From contig CM120642.1 of assembly GCA_051362555.1 (NCBI GenBank), forward strand, positions 29,326,001-29,390,000: a stretch of 64,000 nucleotides of DNA, written 5' to 3'. The notes under the pieces are model-generated. The model was given only the letters and a program-made list of their open reading frames with translations. It was not told the DNA's origin and made no database searches. This stretch comes from Lingula anatina. Lineage: Eukaryota > Animalia > Brachiopoda. Shown in pieces: positions 1 through 13,258 of the stretch. The stretch's first letter is position 1, and each line of letters opens with the position of its first letter. The translations under genes and the position numbers were made by a program.

Positions 1-91
1 GATGGTCTGGTGATATGTTAGTTGGACTATTTCCAGTTAAGATTTTTCACAATCTGAACCAAAATAAAATGTTTACAAGGTACATACATAC

Positions 92-569
92 CCTATGAGC
101 ACAGCAGGCATAAGCAGATTAGGATTTACCATAACTCCAACAATTTCACCAGGAGAACAGCCAGCTTTCTTCAGCAGCTCACTAACCTAAAACAGATGGT
201 ACATAGATTATCAGTTCCACTTATATTCCTTACAGTTATTATAAAAATCATGTATAAACAGCTTTGTAAGTATCAACTGAAATGTGCCATGTACATATAG
301 GACAAAAACAGAACAAAATGACAATCAACAAAGTTCTCTCAATAATTCCAGCACACTTACAAGAGAAGAAGTCTACCCACTAACTGCAAACTAAATGCAT
401 TACACATACAACCATGGTTTACTCAGTTAATTACCCTTACCGCTAGACTGTGTCTGTTCAGTTGACTGTATGTTACAGATGTCGATTGCAATCCATCATC
501 AAATACAACTGCAGTTGAATGTGCTTGCTGCTGTGCACTCAACTCAAACAGAGCGTGTAAGCTCTGCAT
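92..569 (-). CDS. AASDH: 5' part of beta-alanine-activating enzyme AASDH/ACSF4-like NRPS-type adenylation protein; exons 569-441 and 186-92; gene continues off the left edge
   Basis: Manual translation gives MQSLHALFELSAQQQAHSTAVVFDDGLQSTSVTYSQLNRHSLA|VSELLKKAGCSPGEIVGVMVNPNLLMPAVLIG. The splice sites (GTAAG donor, TTTTAG acceptor, GTATGT donor) are in consistent phase. It matches the adenylation-domain N-terminus pattern (LH.LF, AV.FD, TY.QL, IVGV) as recalled for AASDH. Only 75 residues are visible. Confidence 0.75.
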
Positions 570-1273
570 GTTTATCAGGTTTACTAGGTCCTGTACATTT
601 ACAAGTCTTCTGTATGAGCCATTTTCTGCAGCTTGTTACTGAAATTCAAATAAAATATAATAACCTTTATTAATTTTACTAAATCCGGTGAAGGGACACT
701 TCATCACACATATCAACTTCATTATGATGTGATGACAACAGAAAAAAAAAAACCAAGGCTTATTTCCTCTCAGTGGGCCCCACTTTCTGCGTTGACTGTG
801 CCCTGTGTGTTTGGCAACTGAAAATTAAAATCCCGCTCTGGTAAACTTAACAAGGCCCAAAGATAAGACAAGAAAGAAAGCTTCATCGGTATAAAATAAT
901 GGTATGTATTTTTTAATTCACCTTATCTTTAACAGCGATGCAACTGAGCAAAAGTTCGGATTCCGTTAAAAAAAAAATGTTCGACTACCTGGGCGCTGAC
1001 ATATTTGTAGCTCCGCAGACAATGTTATTTATTGTTTTAAATTCGAGAAATCATACTTTGTAATGCTTCTGATAAAAATCTTTTTAATTATAAAAAAAAA
1101 TGTTCTACGTTTTGATTAGATGTTTTTAGTAAACTGCTTAAGAATATCAACTTTATACTTTAAAATATCCAGTGCGAGACCATTATCTGAAAAAATGCGC
1201 CAGGTGTGAACCGATAACAATTGCACAGAAATTTCACCGGTGTAGGGTTTTGAGAGATCAGCGTAATATAGAA

Positions 1274-1922
1274 ATGGCCCTGAAAGTTTCAGGTCAGCAA
1301 GACACTGATCCATTCAAAGGTGAACACGATGGCAAAGTGAGGGAGGTGGGAAACCAGGCAGTGTGGTCTTTATCTTCATGTAAACCAGGTAAGATAAAAA
1401 AAAATGCTTCACACATGCAGGATCTTGGTAAAAGTTAAAAAGAATAATGAAGGGTTGGTCTACAGGATAAGACTAGGAAATTTGTTAAAAATGCAGAATG
1501 GAAGTGCTTTAAAAACTAGTCTTACTCATTGTCATTGGTAATCAGTTTGCCTAGTTCAAATTCTGTTTTGAAGGGGGGGGGGGGTACTATGAATACTGTT
1601 TAATTCAATTAAAATCTTCATCGATCAGCATCAGTTAAATGACATTGTTGGAAACGAAATCATTCATCGCATTGATGCCTCAAACCTATTCTGTTCAATA
1701 CAACCAGTCCTTTGTACAATACTTTCTTTCAAGGTTTTGGAGTTGAGCAGCTCCGTGATGAATCCATGGACACATACTGGCAGTCAGATGGACCCCAGCC
1801 TCACTTGGTCAATATACAGTTCCGCAGGAAGATGACCATTCAGAATATCTGTATATATGCAGACTACAAGTCAGATGAAAGTTACACGCCAAATAAGTAT
1901 GCATTAAAATGCATGTGCTTTG

Positions 1923-1953
<31 letters not shown>

Positions 1954-2641
1954 TTTCTTTCAGCGAGATATGGTTTTATATTGACTATCTAAGGGGGCAT
2001 TTTCTTATGGTGCTTTTTGGGTTTCAAGTGATTGTTAACTGCCTTTCGATTTACGTAGAACGTAGGTTATTTCTTTAGTATCTTCACCTTTTTCCATGTT
2101 TATATTATAATTAAAATGAAACTTTTCCCACAAATAGTACCTTTACTGTATAAATGACGTGCTCTATTGTCCAATATGATTTTTTTCAACTCTCATGGTT
2201 CATTGGTAACCTGTCAGCAACTTAAAGAATTCAGAATAACCCACAATGATTTTGTCACTCTTTTTCAGTTATATTATTATTATTCTTCAGTAAAGTTGTT
2301 TATAAGTTGGCATTACATGTTACTACTTCACTAATGTTTTATACATTTATTTTATTTGCAGGCTGTCCATACGAGCGGGCAATCACTTCAATGATCTGAG
2401 TGAGATAGAACAAGTCGAGATGACAGAACCAACAGGATGGGTATATGTTCCTTTAAAAGACATCAATGAGAAACCAATCAGGACCTTTATGATACAGATA
2501 GCTGTGATATCAAATCATCAAAATGGACGTGATACCCACATGCGGCAAATCAAAGTACATTCACCTGTGGAGGACATCTCCATGGCAAAAATGCCCAATT
2601 TTACAACAATAGACTGTTCACAGTTTAACACTATCAGGTGA
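1274..2641 (+). CDS. ANAPC10: Anaphase-promoting complex subunit 10, 185 aa; join(1274..1388,1734..1896,2362..2641)
   Basis: Motifs REVGNQAVWSLSSCKPGFGV, TYWQSDGPQPHLVNIQF, DESYTP and NHQNGRDTHMRQIKV. Three exons with GT-AG sites sum to 558 nt. Confidence 0.98.
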
Positions 2642-3082
2642 ACTTTGGATAACAGAATAGAGGGTCAGAAAAACGTTTCATTTTAATTGATTCTGTTGTA
2701 CAGTTCTTCAACATCAGTGTCTGAATTAGAACTGTGAAAGAATATATAAATATATATCTTATTTTACGTTAACATCTTACAGCCAGATAAATTTTAGGAG
2801 TTTCTGTACCTTTAAACCCAACAATAAGTTGATAAGACTAAAATATAGCTAGGATATACAAATCCTAGCTATATTTTACAAATCACTGGTAACAGAAGTG
2901 AACGTATTTAATTTACTCACAGTACTCTTCCCTATCCAAGTCATCATGTCACATGATCACTGTAACATTGTGAGTGACAATAGTTATTATATCAATATAA
3001 AGAATATTTGGTTCATGATAGCAGTCCATATCTTGAATATTTTGCTGTGCACATATCAAGATGGGTGTCACATATGCTCATT

Positions 3083-6000
3083 TTATCTTGCCAACCCATG
3101 TATGTACCAAGACAGGCACAGCTTGATGAAGAACCATATTGATGTGTGTATGGAACCTGCAACACTTGTGACAGGAGTTGTACTGGGAACCTCAGGGGTC
3201 AAGGTCGAGGTCAAGGTCACAGGGGACAGTATGGAGGTGTCGTTCACCTGGATTCTCCACACATGAAAATTTGTACCATTCACACCTGAAAAGTCCATCT
3301 TGTGTAACAGAAATTTATGACTTGCAGCCGTAATGAACCAGAGATATCCGTCGTCAGTCAGAGCCATGGCATTTACCCACTGCATTCTTTGGTTGTCACT
3401 GGCTACTTTAACCTGGGTTGCTAAGGTGACATTCTCCGTGTTGCCTTGTACAAGAACATCCTTGCTTCTCTCCCATTTATAGACAGCATTCAGGCTAAGT
3501 GCTCCATAGTACAGGCTGTTTTTACCCATGGCCATACCATCAGTTTGAGATACTTTCCTTCCGACGGTCTGGACATTGACTGTGCTGGCTTTCAGTGGGT
3601 CCTGAGCCTCCTCTGTACTTATAGAATAAAGATTGTAGCCACTCAGGGGGCAGTAGTACAAAGTGGTGAAGTCAGGAGACAGTGCTATGCCATTAGTGGG
3701 TATTTTGACTGTTGTAACTTGGCCATTTATTGTAATTGCGGAAGCGTTGTCTACTGCCCACATGGATTCATGGTTAATGCTGTTAGTGATGTAAGCAAAA
3801 CCGGATCTGAAATGAATGTAAAAATATACAGAAATAAGGCATATAGTAATCAGTTACCTGCATTTTCAACTTGTTTCCATAATAAACATATATTTTGATA
3901 CTACTCAGTGAAAAAATATTTGATTAAAACATACTTACATAGGTAATTGTGTTGCAGATGGTAATACAAATTTAATGTTTGTCAGTGACTTTAAAGTAAA
4001 GTTTAAATGAAATGAAGAAAGTTGAATTTAAATGAAAAGGTTCGAAAAAGATATTTTAGAACATTTGCTAGGATGTTTCAGTGCATACTTATCAACCACA
4101 ATATCATTGAGGAAGTTATTGGTCCTGCTGACAATGTTCTCTGGAAACTCGTATTGCCTGACAAGGATGTCCCTGTTCATGTCATAGATCCACAGCTTGG
4201 CTGGACACATGTTCTGCACCTGGGTACCTGGAGAGAGAGAAAAAAATATAGAACAAGTTGAGGAGCACAGCTCTGATATGTATTTTTGCAACTAAAATTT
4301 AGAATTGACTTATCAGCGGCGAGTGGATAGAGTTGTGTGGTTAAATGGGAAGTTTTGTGGTGTAAACATTAGGAGTTCACACCCAGCTATAGCTAATGCC
4401 TTGTCTTCAATGTCTTCATCCCTAAAAAAATTGCAGTGCTGGTTTCTTCACAATTTTTTTTTTTTTTTTTTGCATGCAGTAACTTGTAAGCATGCCAAAG
4501 AGTTACAAACTGCTCATGTGTAAAAAGGGGATCCCTTACACTTCCATTTTGTCCCCCAACTTAAAAATCAATTAATAGGGAACGAATTCCCAGTTCTACC
4601 TGGCGATGGAATGGTGTTAATGCGCCCTGTATCTATAATCCACATCCAGCCAGTGACTGGGTCTATTTCCACCTGCTGGACATACTGGAGGGCTGAACAG
4701 TTGTAGATCTCATTCTGAACCCAGCTTGGGTAGGGCTGAAACACTGACCTGCCATCCATGGTCACCAACTAGCATAGGAAGTAAGAAGAGGAAATGTGCA
4801 TTGATTGATAATTTATTTTTTATATTGTCAAGGAGTGAAATGTAATACCTTGTCTCTGTCCAGGTTCACCCCCTTCCTCCCCCTCAAACACACACTCGTA
4901 TACCTTCAAATCCATTGCAGTTTAAACAATCATGGTATATTCATATGATGGAGTACGTGGCATCAAGTGCAAACTTTGGTTTTTGCCTTAAAAAGTAATA
5001 AAACGCCAAATAACTTTTGCCAACCCCCCCCCCCACCAGCTACCCCTGCCACCCACAAGTCATTCCAACCATGATGATAACAGATTCATGTGACACCAGT
5101 CAACAACAAAAAATCCCTTGTTTTCCATTAAAAAAACTCTAGTCATTTGATATTAATTCTAATTAATAAAAAAGTTATTTCAAGCATGAATCTACTGGCC
5201 AGATATATTGCCAGAAAATGAGAAGCTGGAGTGCATGATGTAATAATTATTAGCACTTAATTTCATTAAAGTGATCATACTGGTAAATGAGACCCACCTT
5301 GTTCAGGGAGGAAGGCACTCCAAGCTTCCAACGGGGGATAGTGATATAAATCTCACCTAGTTGAGTGAATGAATATATCATGGAATGTAAAATTCAAACA
5401 AGGCAGCAAAGCTGTCAAATGTACAGACAAAAACCAGAAAATAAAACGCAGGAAATGGGATACTGTCAATTCTGATGAACTAATGTATTATGCTTACTGT
5501 AACTGCATAGCCAACATCAAATTCTAATTCTGCATAACATTGGATTAGGATGAAAGTTAAATGTGTATCAAGCATTAGACTGAGTTCCCATTCCTAGATC
5601 AATCTAACAGGATCAATCCAACTCCAAGGGGTTTCTCGCTAAATTGCTTTCAGCTTGAGAGTCTTAGGATTCTGGCATGCCAGTTTCAGTAGACGTGACA
5701 GACAGCTAAGCCACTTACATTGATTGCAATTTAGCGAGAATTCCCATGGAGATAGATCGATCCACAGTTAGCGTGATAGGGTCTGGAAATAGTCCCTAAG
5801 GTGTCAGGCTGATAAGAGTTAAACTTTGGAAATGCCAGAATGAGGTACAGTGAAAATTACACAAAAAATTGCTTAAACTCATTAAAAAAATATATATCTA
5901 TACATATATATATAATTTATTATTTTTTTTTTGGGGGGGGGGGCTGTATGTCAATCCTAAGAATCATTCTTGACTCCTAAGAATCATTAACTTAACAAAA

Positions 6001-9000
6001 TACAGAAAATGTTACAAAGTAAGAGTACAGGGCTCCTGGCAGATGGGAGTGATAAGTCACAACTTGAAAATGCCAGTATACACTCTATAAACCTGCATTG
6101 CTTTCAAAACAGAAAACAATCACACTGGTTTTCAAACACAAGCTGCACTTCTGTCTTATGAAACTTTTCAGTAAGTTTCAGTATCGTAGGTAACATGGTT
6201 TTGCCTTAATCGCTATCCTGGCAGCAGTGTCCAAAATAGGGTTTTCTTCAACTTTCATGCAATAAAACATAATACTTAACAGCATAATGACCATCAAATT
6301 TTTTATAAAAAATAAAAATAAAAGTATCATGAATATTCAGAAAATGTGATTTGGGAAGGTCTTCAAGGCCATGGAAGTTCAGAGTCACACTTTCAAAATG
6401 CCAAAACGTAAACAAGAGATAACTGTACTGAAATGATTTTCTTTCCATTTTCAACACCTTCTTTAAAACAAAATAATCAATAAACTGTCATTTTTAAATG
6501 TTCAACTAGGAAAATTGTTGACATAGGAAAAATATCAATAGAACAATTTTCAATGTCCAATTCGCTCCATTTGCAGATGCTGAACATAGTGAACGATTAA
6601 ATCTGACAAACTGCAATGATGAGTTCCTTTCCATTCATGATACTTTATTACACAATGCACAATAACAGGTTTACCGTCATTTTTATATAATCAACTAACA
6701 ATATTGTTAAGAAGCAGAAAATGTCAAAACAACACTTTTACATATCTTATTAGTTCCATAATGAGACTGTTAACATGCCTAAGAATTAAATCTGAAGAAA
6801 TAACAATTATATACAAAAATACAGAAAATGCACAGCACTTCTGGTGGATGGGAGTTAAAAATCACATCTTGAAGATGCTAGTGTTTGAAAAATAATTTAA
6901 AAAAAAATTTTAATAAAACGTAAAAAATTCCAATAAAGCTGCTATTCAAACTTTTAATCTAGCTGTATTAACTTGATATTAATAACCCCACCAAGTTTGA
7001 GAAAAATAAAGCACTGTTATTCATCTATAGCATGTTGGCATAACACATTTTTTGTTGTAAATTTATTTGCAATGTTAAACACCATTTATCTGCATAATTA
7101 TCACCAAATCCTAATTTTGTGACACAGTTAAAAGAGCTAAACCTATGGGACTTTACAGGGAAATCTCAACGAGTGTTTTATGTAATCTCATTTAATGGCC
7201 AATAGAAAATTAATTACTAGGCAAGACTTTATAGACCTTAATTTAATTAGGGATCACCCAAGGGACAATTTCATACAGTACCATCATATAGCACAAAGGT
7301 GTTATAGGTGTTGCATACATGCTGAAAAAAGTGAAAAAAACAGCATAACTACCCTAAAAATGACCCGATCATGCTGATTTTCAAACTTGACCTGCGTATT
7401 ATAAATATTCATTAGTTCTGCAAGTTTCAAGCCAAAAGGTAAAATGGCTTTCCACTTATCATATTATCAGTGCTGCATATATGCTGAAAAAAGTGAAAAA
7501 CAGCATAACTTCCTTAAAAATGACCCGATCATGCTGATTTTCAAACTTGTCCTGCGTATTATGAATATTCATCAGTTCTGTAAGTTTGAAACCAAAAGGT
7601 AAAATGGTTTTCCACTTATCGTGTTATCGGTGCTGCATATATGCTAAAAAAAGTGAAAAAAAACAGCATAACTACCCTAAAAATGACCCAATCATGCTGA
7701 TTTTCAAACTTGACCTGCGTATTATGAATATTCATTAGTTCTGCAAGTTTCAAGCCAAAAGGTAAAATGATTTTTCACTTATCATGTTATCAGTGTTGTA
7801 TATATGCTGAAAAAAGTGAAAAACAGCATAACTTCCATAAAAATGACCCAATCATGCTGATTTTCGAACTTGACCTGCGTATTATGAATATTCAGCAGTT
7901 CTGTAAGTTTCAAGGCAAAATGTAAAATGGTTTTCCACTTATCGTGTTATCGGTGCTGCATACATGCTGAAACAAGACAGTACTGTTCTGCAATGGGTTT
8001 ACTTCTATTTTTAAAACCCTTTTTTAACATAAAACAAAATAAACAGTTTACTACCATTTGTATATGATCAACTAAGAAAATTGATGAGATGGGAAAAATA
8101 TCCATAGAACAGTGTTAAATGTCCAATTTCCTCCATTCTGAGATTCTGAAGATAGTAGATGATTGAATCTGACAAACTGCAATGATATGAGTTTATTTCC
8201 ATTTTTGACACTTTATAACATAATACACAATAACAAGTTTACCATCATTTTTACATAATCAACTAACAATGTTATAAAGATGCAGGAAATGTCAAACAAA
8301 CACTTTTACATATCTTATTAGTTCAATAATGAGACTGTTAACATGCCTAACAATTGAATCTGAGGAAATGTGAAAAAAACAGCATAACTTCTAAAATAAT
8401 GGCCCGATTATGCTGATTTTCGCACTCATCCTATGTTTTAGTAAGATTGACCAGTCCTGTTAGTATAATGACAATTTCCCCATCTGTTTTTCTTATATTG
8501 TGTTATCAGTGCTGCATATATGCTGAAATAAGTGAAAAAACAGCATAACTTCCCTTAAAATGGCCCGATCATGCTGATTTTCGAACTTGACCTGCGTATT
8601 ATAAATATTCATCAATTCTGTAAGTTTCAAGCCAAAAGGTAAAACGAGTTTTTCACTTATTGTGTTATCGGTGTTGCATATATGCTGAAAAAAGTGAAAA
8701 AACAGCATAACTTCCATAAAATTGACCCGATAGCTCTGATTTTCGAACTTGACCTGCGTATTATGAATATTCATCAGTTCTGTAAGTTTCAAGCCAAAAG
8801 GTAAAACGGTATTTCATTTATCGTGTTATCAGTGTTGCATATATGCTGAAAAAAGTGAAAAAACAGCGTAACTTCCCTAAAAATGAACCGATAATGCTGA
8901 TTTTCGAACTTGACCTGCGTATTATGAATATTCATCAGTTCTGTAAGTTTCAAGCCAAAAGCAAAAACGGTTTTCCACTTATCGTGTTATCGGTAAAAGT

Positions 9001-9817
9001 GCACGACGGCGACGACGGCACCGACGGCGACGACGGCGACGACGACAGACGCAGATGATGGCTATATGTACAGACACAAATTAAAACTCAGCACTGAAAA
9101 TAAGACTGGTTGTGGATTTATGTGAAACTGATTGAAAAATTAATTTTTATGTACAGACACATCTGTGTCTGTACATAAAAATTAATTTTTCAATCAGTTT
9201 CACATAAATCCACAACCAGTCTTATTTTCAGTGCTGAGTTTTAATTTGTTCTTAACAAAATAGTTCTAGGAAATTGAAGGTTTAAGTCAACATTTTCAAT
9301 CAGTCCTCACACAAAGATTTTATGTGATTTATATCAGTTGCTTTATTTGTGATGATCATATGCCTGTAGGGCACTTACTTGGAGCTAGCATGAATAGTGC
9401 TTTAGGTAAAAAAAATATCAATATGGTAACTTGGATGCTCAAACAAAATTTTCAAATCTTTATGAAACATTTTGAAATAGTACAATGTTACATGACAAGA
9501 AAATTGTATTGTTTTGAAGAAGAGTTTTAAAAAACTCTTGACAGATTTTAATTCATTTAAGCTTCACTCCAAACAAATAAAAACTCACTACAGTCTTGCT
9601 GCCCACTTGGACCATCTTTACCTTTATAGAATTTGATTCCTGATATGGAATTGTGTTCTGGTATGAATTCTTCATTGGCCAATGCAGCTGCCCTGGTGGT
9701 ATTACTAGGCCAGTCATAGTCTATAGTCACCCAGCTGTACACTAGCTCTGCCAAAGTGTTACCCTCGGATGGACAGACAGACAGATAAAATAACACAAGA
9801 GAATAAAACAGTGCCAT
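3083..9817 (-). CDS. yellow / major royal jelly protein family, copy 1, 428 aa; exons 9817-9622, 5356-5298, 4768-4600, 4227-4089, 3806-3083
   Basis: Signal peptide followed by motifs YSW.TIDYDW, IYITIPRWKLGVPSSLN, FQPYPSW, MWIIDTG, CPAKLWIYD, FLNDIVVD, GIALSPD..TLYYCPLS and QTDGM. All splice phases are consistent and the frame is open. Confidence 0.93.
5396..9181. mobile_element. Composite Helentron-associated (HINE-like) non-autonomous element in yellow copy 1 intron 1
   Basis: It begins AAACAAG..ATGTACAGACA and holds ~160-bp tandem units (7310-7970, 8370-8995) and a ~390-bp internal direct repeat (6430-6800 vs 7980-8365). It ends with a (GACGGC/GAC)n microsatellite, the hairpin TATGTACAGACAC-ATCT-GTGTCTGTACATA and an A-run. 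It is absent from the copy 2 intron. A related 5' fragment lies near 38510. The family assignment is an inference from architecture. Confidence 0.7.
5578..5796. mobile_element. MITE (PIF/Harbinger-like family A), nested
   Basis: Imperfect long inverted repeat (GATCAATCCAACTCC..TCTCGCTAAATTGC / GCAATTTAGCGAGA..GGAGATAGATCGATC). Same family as 26008-26220 and 37867-38101. Confidence 0.6.
9076..9249. repeat. Perfect palindrome, 86-bp arms, 2-nt loop
   Basis: 9076-9161 is the reverse complement of 9164-9249. Confidence 0.95.
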
Positions 9818-10043
9818 CTTCAGCGGCACAACTCAAAGAGATTCACCTTTTTGGAACTCCAAAGTTACCCAAGCCCCCATTCAACAGGTAAGACAGAGGC
9901 CCAGGTAATAACCTCAGTCTCTGCCCTGGGAACACCTTTAACCCAATATGCCTTCACTGTTATGTGCTGCGTAGCATGCTCATTGGCTACATGGTCCCCT
10001 CACCCAATTCCCTGTCCTTTTATTATAATACTTAAAGTAACTT

Positions 10044-13000
10044 CCCAGATAGCAAGCATACGTTGGGCCAACGTAGGGGAATCGTTGGTTTGTTGGCACA
10101 TAGTTGGCGTTGGTAGTAATACGTTGGCCCAACGTTGGCCCAACCACATCATAATATGCACAACATAACTGCAATATGCTCACGTTGGCCCAACGTTGGG
10201 CCAACGTGTGCATATTTGTTGCATACGTTGGCTTAACGTTGGGCCAACGTATCCAATTAACAACTCAATAGAAATGAATAATGTTTCTGTTATAATAAAA
10301 ATGTTTCTGTTCACAACTGAGAATCACATGTGCTTATCTATTGATCAGTAACATATAGTTTTTAGGATTAAATTTTTTTTTTTTTATTAAGAGTTTGTCA
10401 AATTCCTTGGGCTAAAAAACAGTGTTCTACTTTTATTTGTCTTCCAAGCTATATACTCTCATATATATATATTTTTCATTTTGTCTTTTTTTCTGAATGG
10501 ATATAGTATATAGTACATAGACTTCACCTATAAAAAAATTACTGAGTGAACAGATTTATATTTTTAAATAATGCTGTGAAACATATTTATTATTATTGCT
10601 ATTATTATTATTGTTATTGAAATCAGAAAAATGATTGAAATCTTATTATAATGTACAATTGCACAATATATAAATTTTAAACTTTATAGTTAGCATCAAT
10701 TGACTTTTGATTAAAGTACACTGGTAACTTTCACTGGACCAGATTCATTACAAGCCAGGTGTTTATCTTAACTGTCAGTTTGATATAAACAGTTTGCCTA
10801 CTGCCTGCTCAAACAGGTCAAACAACTATACATAGCACAGTCTTAAGCGCGCTGACCGTTGAGCCAATTCAAAAATCTAAGCCAGAAGGTCAGAAATGTT
10901 CTAAGGAAGAGGCAAGAATTACGGCTGAAAGCATTGGTTTCTGGATATAGAAAGAAGACATCTTTTTGGAAATTAGAAAATGAAGAGATAAAGAGACAGG
11001 ATAAGAAGTGAGCATGTACTGGTAAGTGACTATTTAATTGTGTATTTTCCCATTATTTACTGATGCACCAGGATCCATACAGCCTTGAAAAGTGTTCAAA
11101 TTTAGTCCAGCACTTTGGACTAGTTTAAATGTAACTAGTTTAAATGGCTCTATAGTTTAAATGTAACTTTGAAAAGTACTTGAAAATGCTATTAGGCTTG
11201 AAAAAGGTTTGCATTTCAGCATTTTGTCTTTGTAAAAATATTATTTAAAACTTTGTAGTTTATTGAGATGAATACAGACAATAGTTCACAGATGGGGGTA
11301 ATACCTTTTGATACATCATTACTTGTACTTTTATTTTCAACTTTTCATCATCAATGTGTTACAAAGACAAAGTTTAAATGAAATGAGTCATTTTTCCTTT
11401 GGTATGTACACTTTAATATAACTGTATTAATGTATAACTTGCCCTCATTAGTTAAAATCATTGAAAATGATTTGATTTAGAGCCTTAAAAGTCCTTGGAA
11501 GCCAATTGTTCTTATGTGTCTGTATGGATCCTGGCCAGTAAATTCTGTGATAGAGTTGTTGGAATGATTAAATGATGTGGAATTTAGTGGTACATTACAG
11601 TTGTCTAAAAACTGAATTCATGGTCAAGTGTACACGTAAGAACTAATTTAAATAAATCACTATAAATTACTGCACACAAGACACACACTTTTAAAGTTTA
11701 GATATTGGCTTTTGCCTAACTTAGAAAAGGTGGGGAGATTATCATATAATACACACCTACTAGTACTAGTTTGTATATGAAATATGGGGGAAGAGGTACA
11801 GTCATGTTATGTACCATACCAATTCTAGCATTATACATGTATTTCAAGTGTTTTTAATATTTAAATTTGTAGGTGCAGCACACTCTTCTGTGACTGTTCA
11901 GAAAAAGATGTTGAAGATACACCTAACTAATCGTGCTTTGCCAAAGATCATGCAGGTGCAGGACAGGAAAGAGAGAAAAAACACAAGATTGAACTCATAT
12001 GACCACTGATTTGATTTTTAAAGAGACAATGTCTGAGATTTTGCCTAACGGAAGAGACTGTGATTTTATAGACTTGACATATAACTTATGAAAGTTCCTA
12101 TGAAAAGCATCTTACCTGACATTAACAAGGGTTTCAGGTTTAAAATTTAATTTAATGAAAATGTTTTTAAAAATTGAAATGGGGCAAAAAAAGACTTTAC
12201 TAGTAGAAAAATGCCTTGACTCCAGGAATAAGGTGAAAAGTCATAGGACTGTTAAAATTTTTTTGATGTGAATCATGTAACAATTGATATAAGACACACT
12301 TATTAATGTTTAAATTTAATATTATAATATCTTATAAAAATTTTCTTTGTTGTCTTTTTGTATTATATTTCAATTCACATATCATTATTTAGTTGGTGTA
12401 ATGTATTTGTTTTATGTAATGTTATGAATTAATTAAACAGTTCAAAATATATCACTAATCTTTTTGTTTCAACTACAATTATTAATTGACAATTTTCCAG
12501 GTGTAGTGTAAATGATCACAGGCAGATCAAGTCCTCTGAAGGATTCATCCCTTAGAAACCTTGCCAATTTTTCAGCCATATCTTGCAGTTTGCAGATTTC
12601 AGATGCTCAAGATATTTCATCAGGACATTGATCTGCCTGTGCATCAGATGTGTAATTACAGTGCCCTACTACCTATGTGATTCCAAAAAAAAGATTTTGC
12701 CTTTAGCTCAATGTTGGGTTACTGTAAATCACTGTGCCCCTGGTTTTAGGTTGGGTCATAATTTGTTGTGCAAATTGCAGATAACTTGGGTGACCAGTTG
12801 GCCTACCATTGGGCCAACGCGGATACATTGTTGGTTTGAGGTTGGGTAATTGTTGGACTGATGTTGGTTATTAGTAGAACCAAAGTAATTGCACTGTTGG
12901 TTACAGGTTGGGTAATTGTTGGACCAATGTTGGTTATTAGTTGGCCTAATGTAGGGCCAACGCAGTTTGGTTGGGTAATCGTTGGACTGATGTTGGTTAT

Positions 13001-13258
13001 TAGTAGGACCAAAGTAAATGCACTGTTGGTTACAGGTTGGGTAATTGTTGGACCAATGTTGGTTATTAGTTGGCCCAATGTAGGGCCAACGCAGTTTGGT
13101 TGGGAATACGTTGGCAATGCGTTGGCATTAAAAAGACGTTCAGCCAACCGTTGGCCAAAGTGAGCACTTAGATGGAAACCCAACGTTGGGCCAACGTTGC
13201 ATGGTCAACCAAGGCAACGTTGGGCCAACGTTGGCCCAACGTATGCATGCTATCTGGG
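10044..13258. mobile_element. Non-autonomous CMC/EnSpm-type DNA transposon, 3.2 kb
   Basis: TIR CCCAGATAGCA(A/T)GCATACGTTGGGCCAACGT at both ends and a 2-bp TSD TT (10042-43, 13259-60). Subterminal arrays of CAACGTTGG(G/C)CCAACG motifs. A decayed fragment SEKDVEDT...FAKDHAGAGQER near 11895-11990 resembles the end of a CMC accessory (DUF4806-like) ORF. Confidence 0.85.
11068..11534. mobile_element. MITE nested in the EnSpm-like element
   Basis: Perfect 15-bp inverted repeat CCAGGATCCATACAG / CTGTATGGATCCTGG, with internal CTTGAAAA repeats. No clear TSD. Confidence 0.65.

Noticed and set aside
2898-3898. Plus-strand ORFs 2898-3266 and 3446-3898 and their counterparts at 13791-14820
   Set aside because: They are antisense shadows of the yellow last exons, duplicated only because the gene is duplicated.
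7310-9058. Regularly spaced repeats resembling a CRISPR array, and ORFs 8493-8792 and 8843-9058
   Set aside because: These are full-length ~160-bp tandem units with no unique spacers and no cas genes, in a eukaryotic intron. The ORFs are by-products of the repeat.
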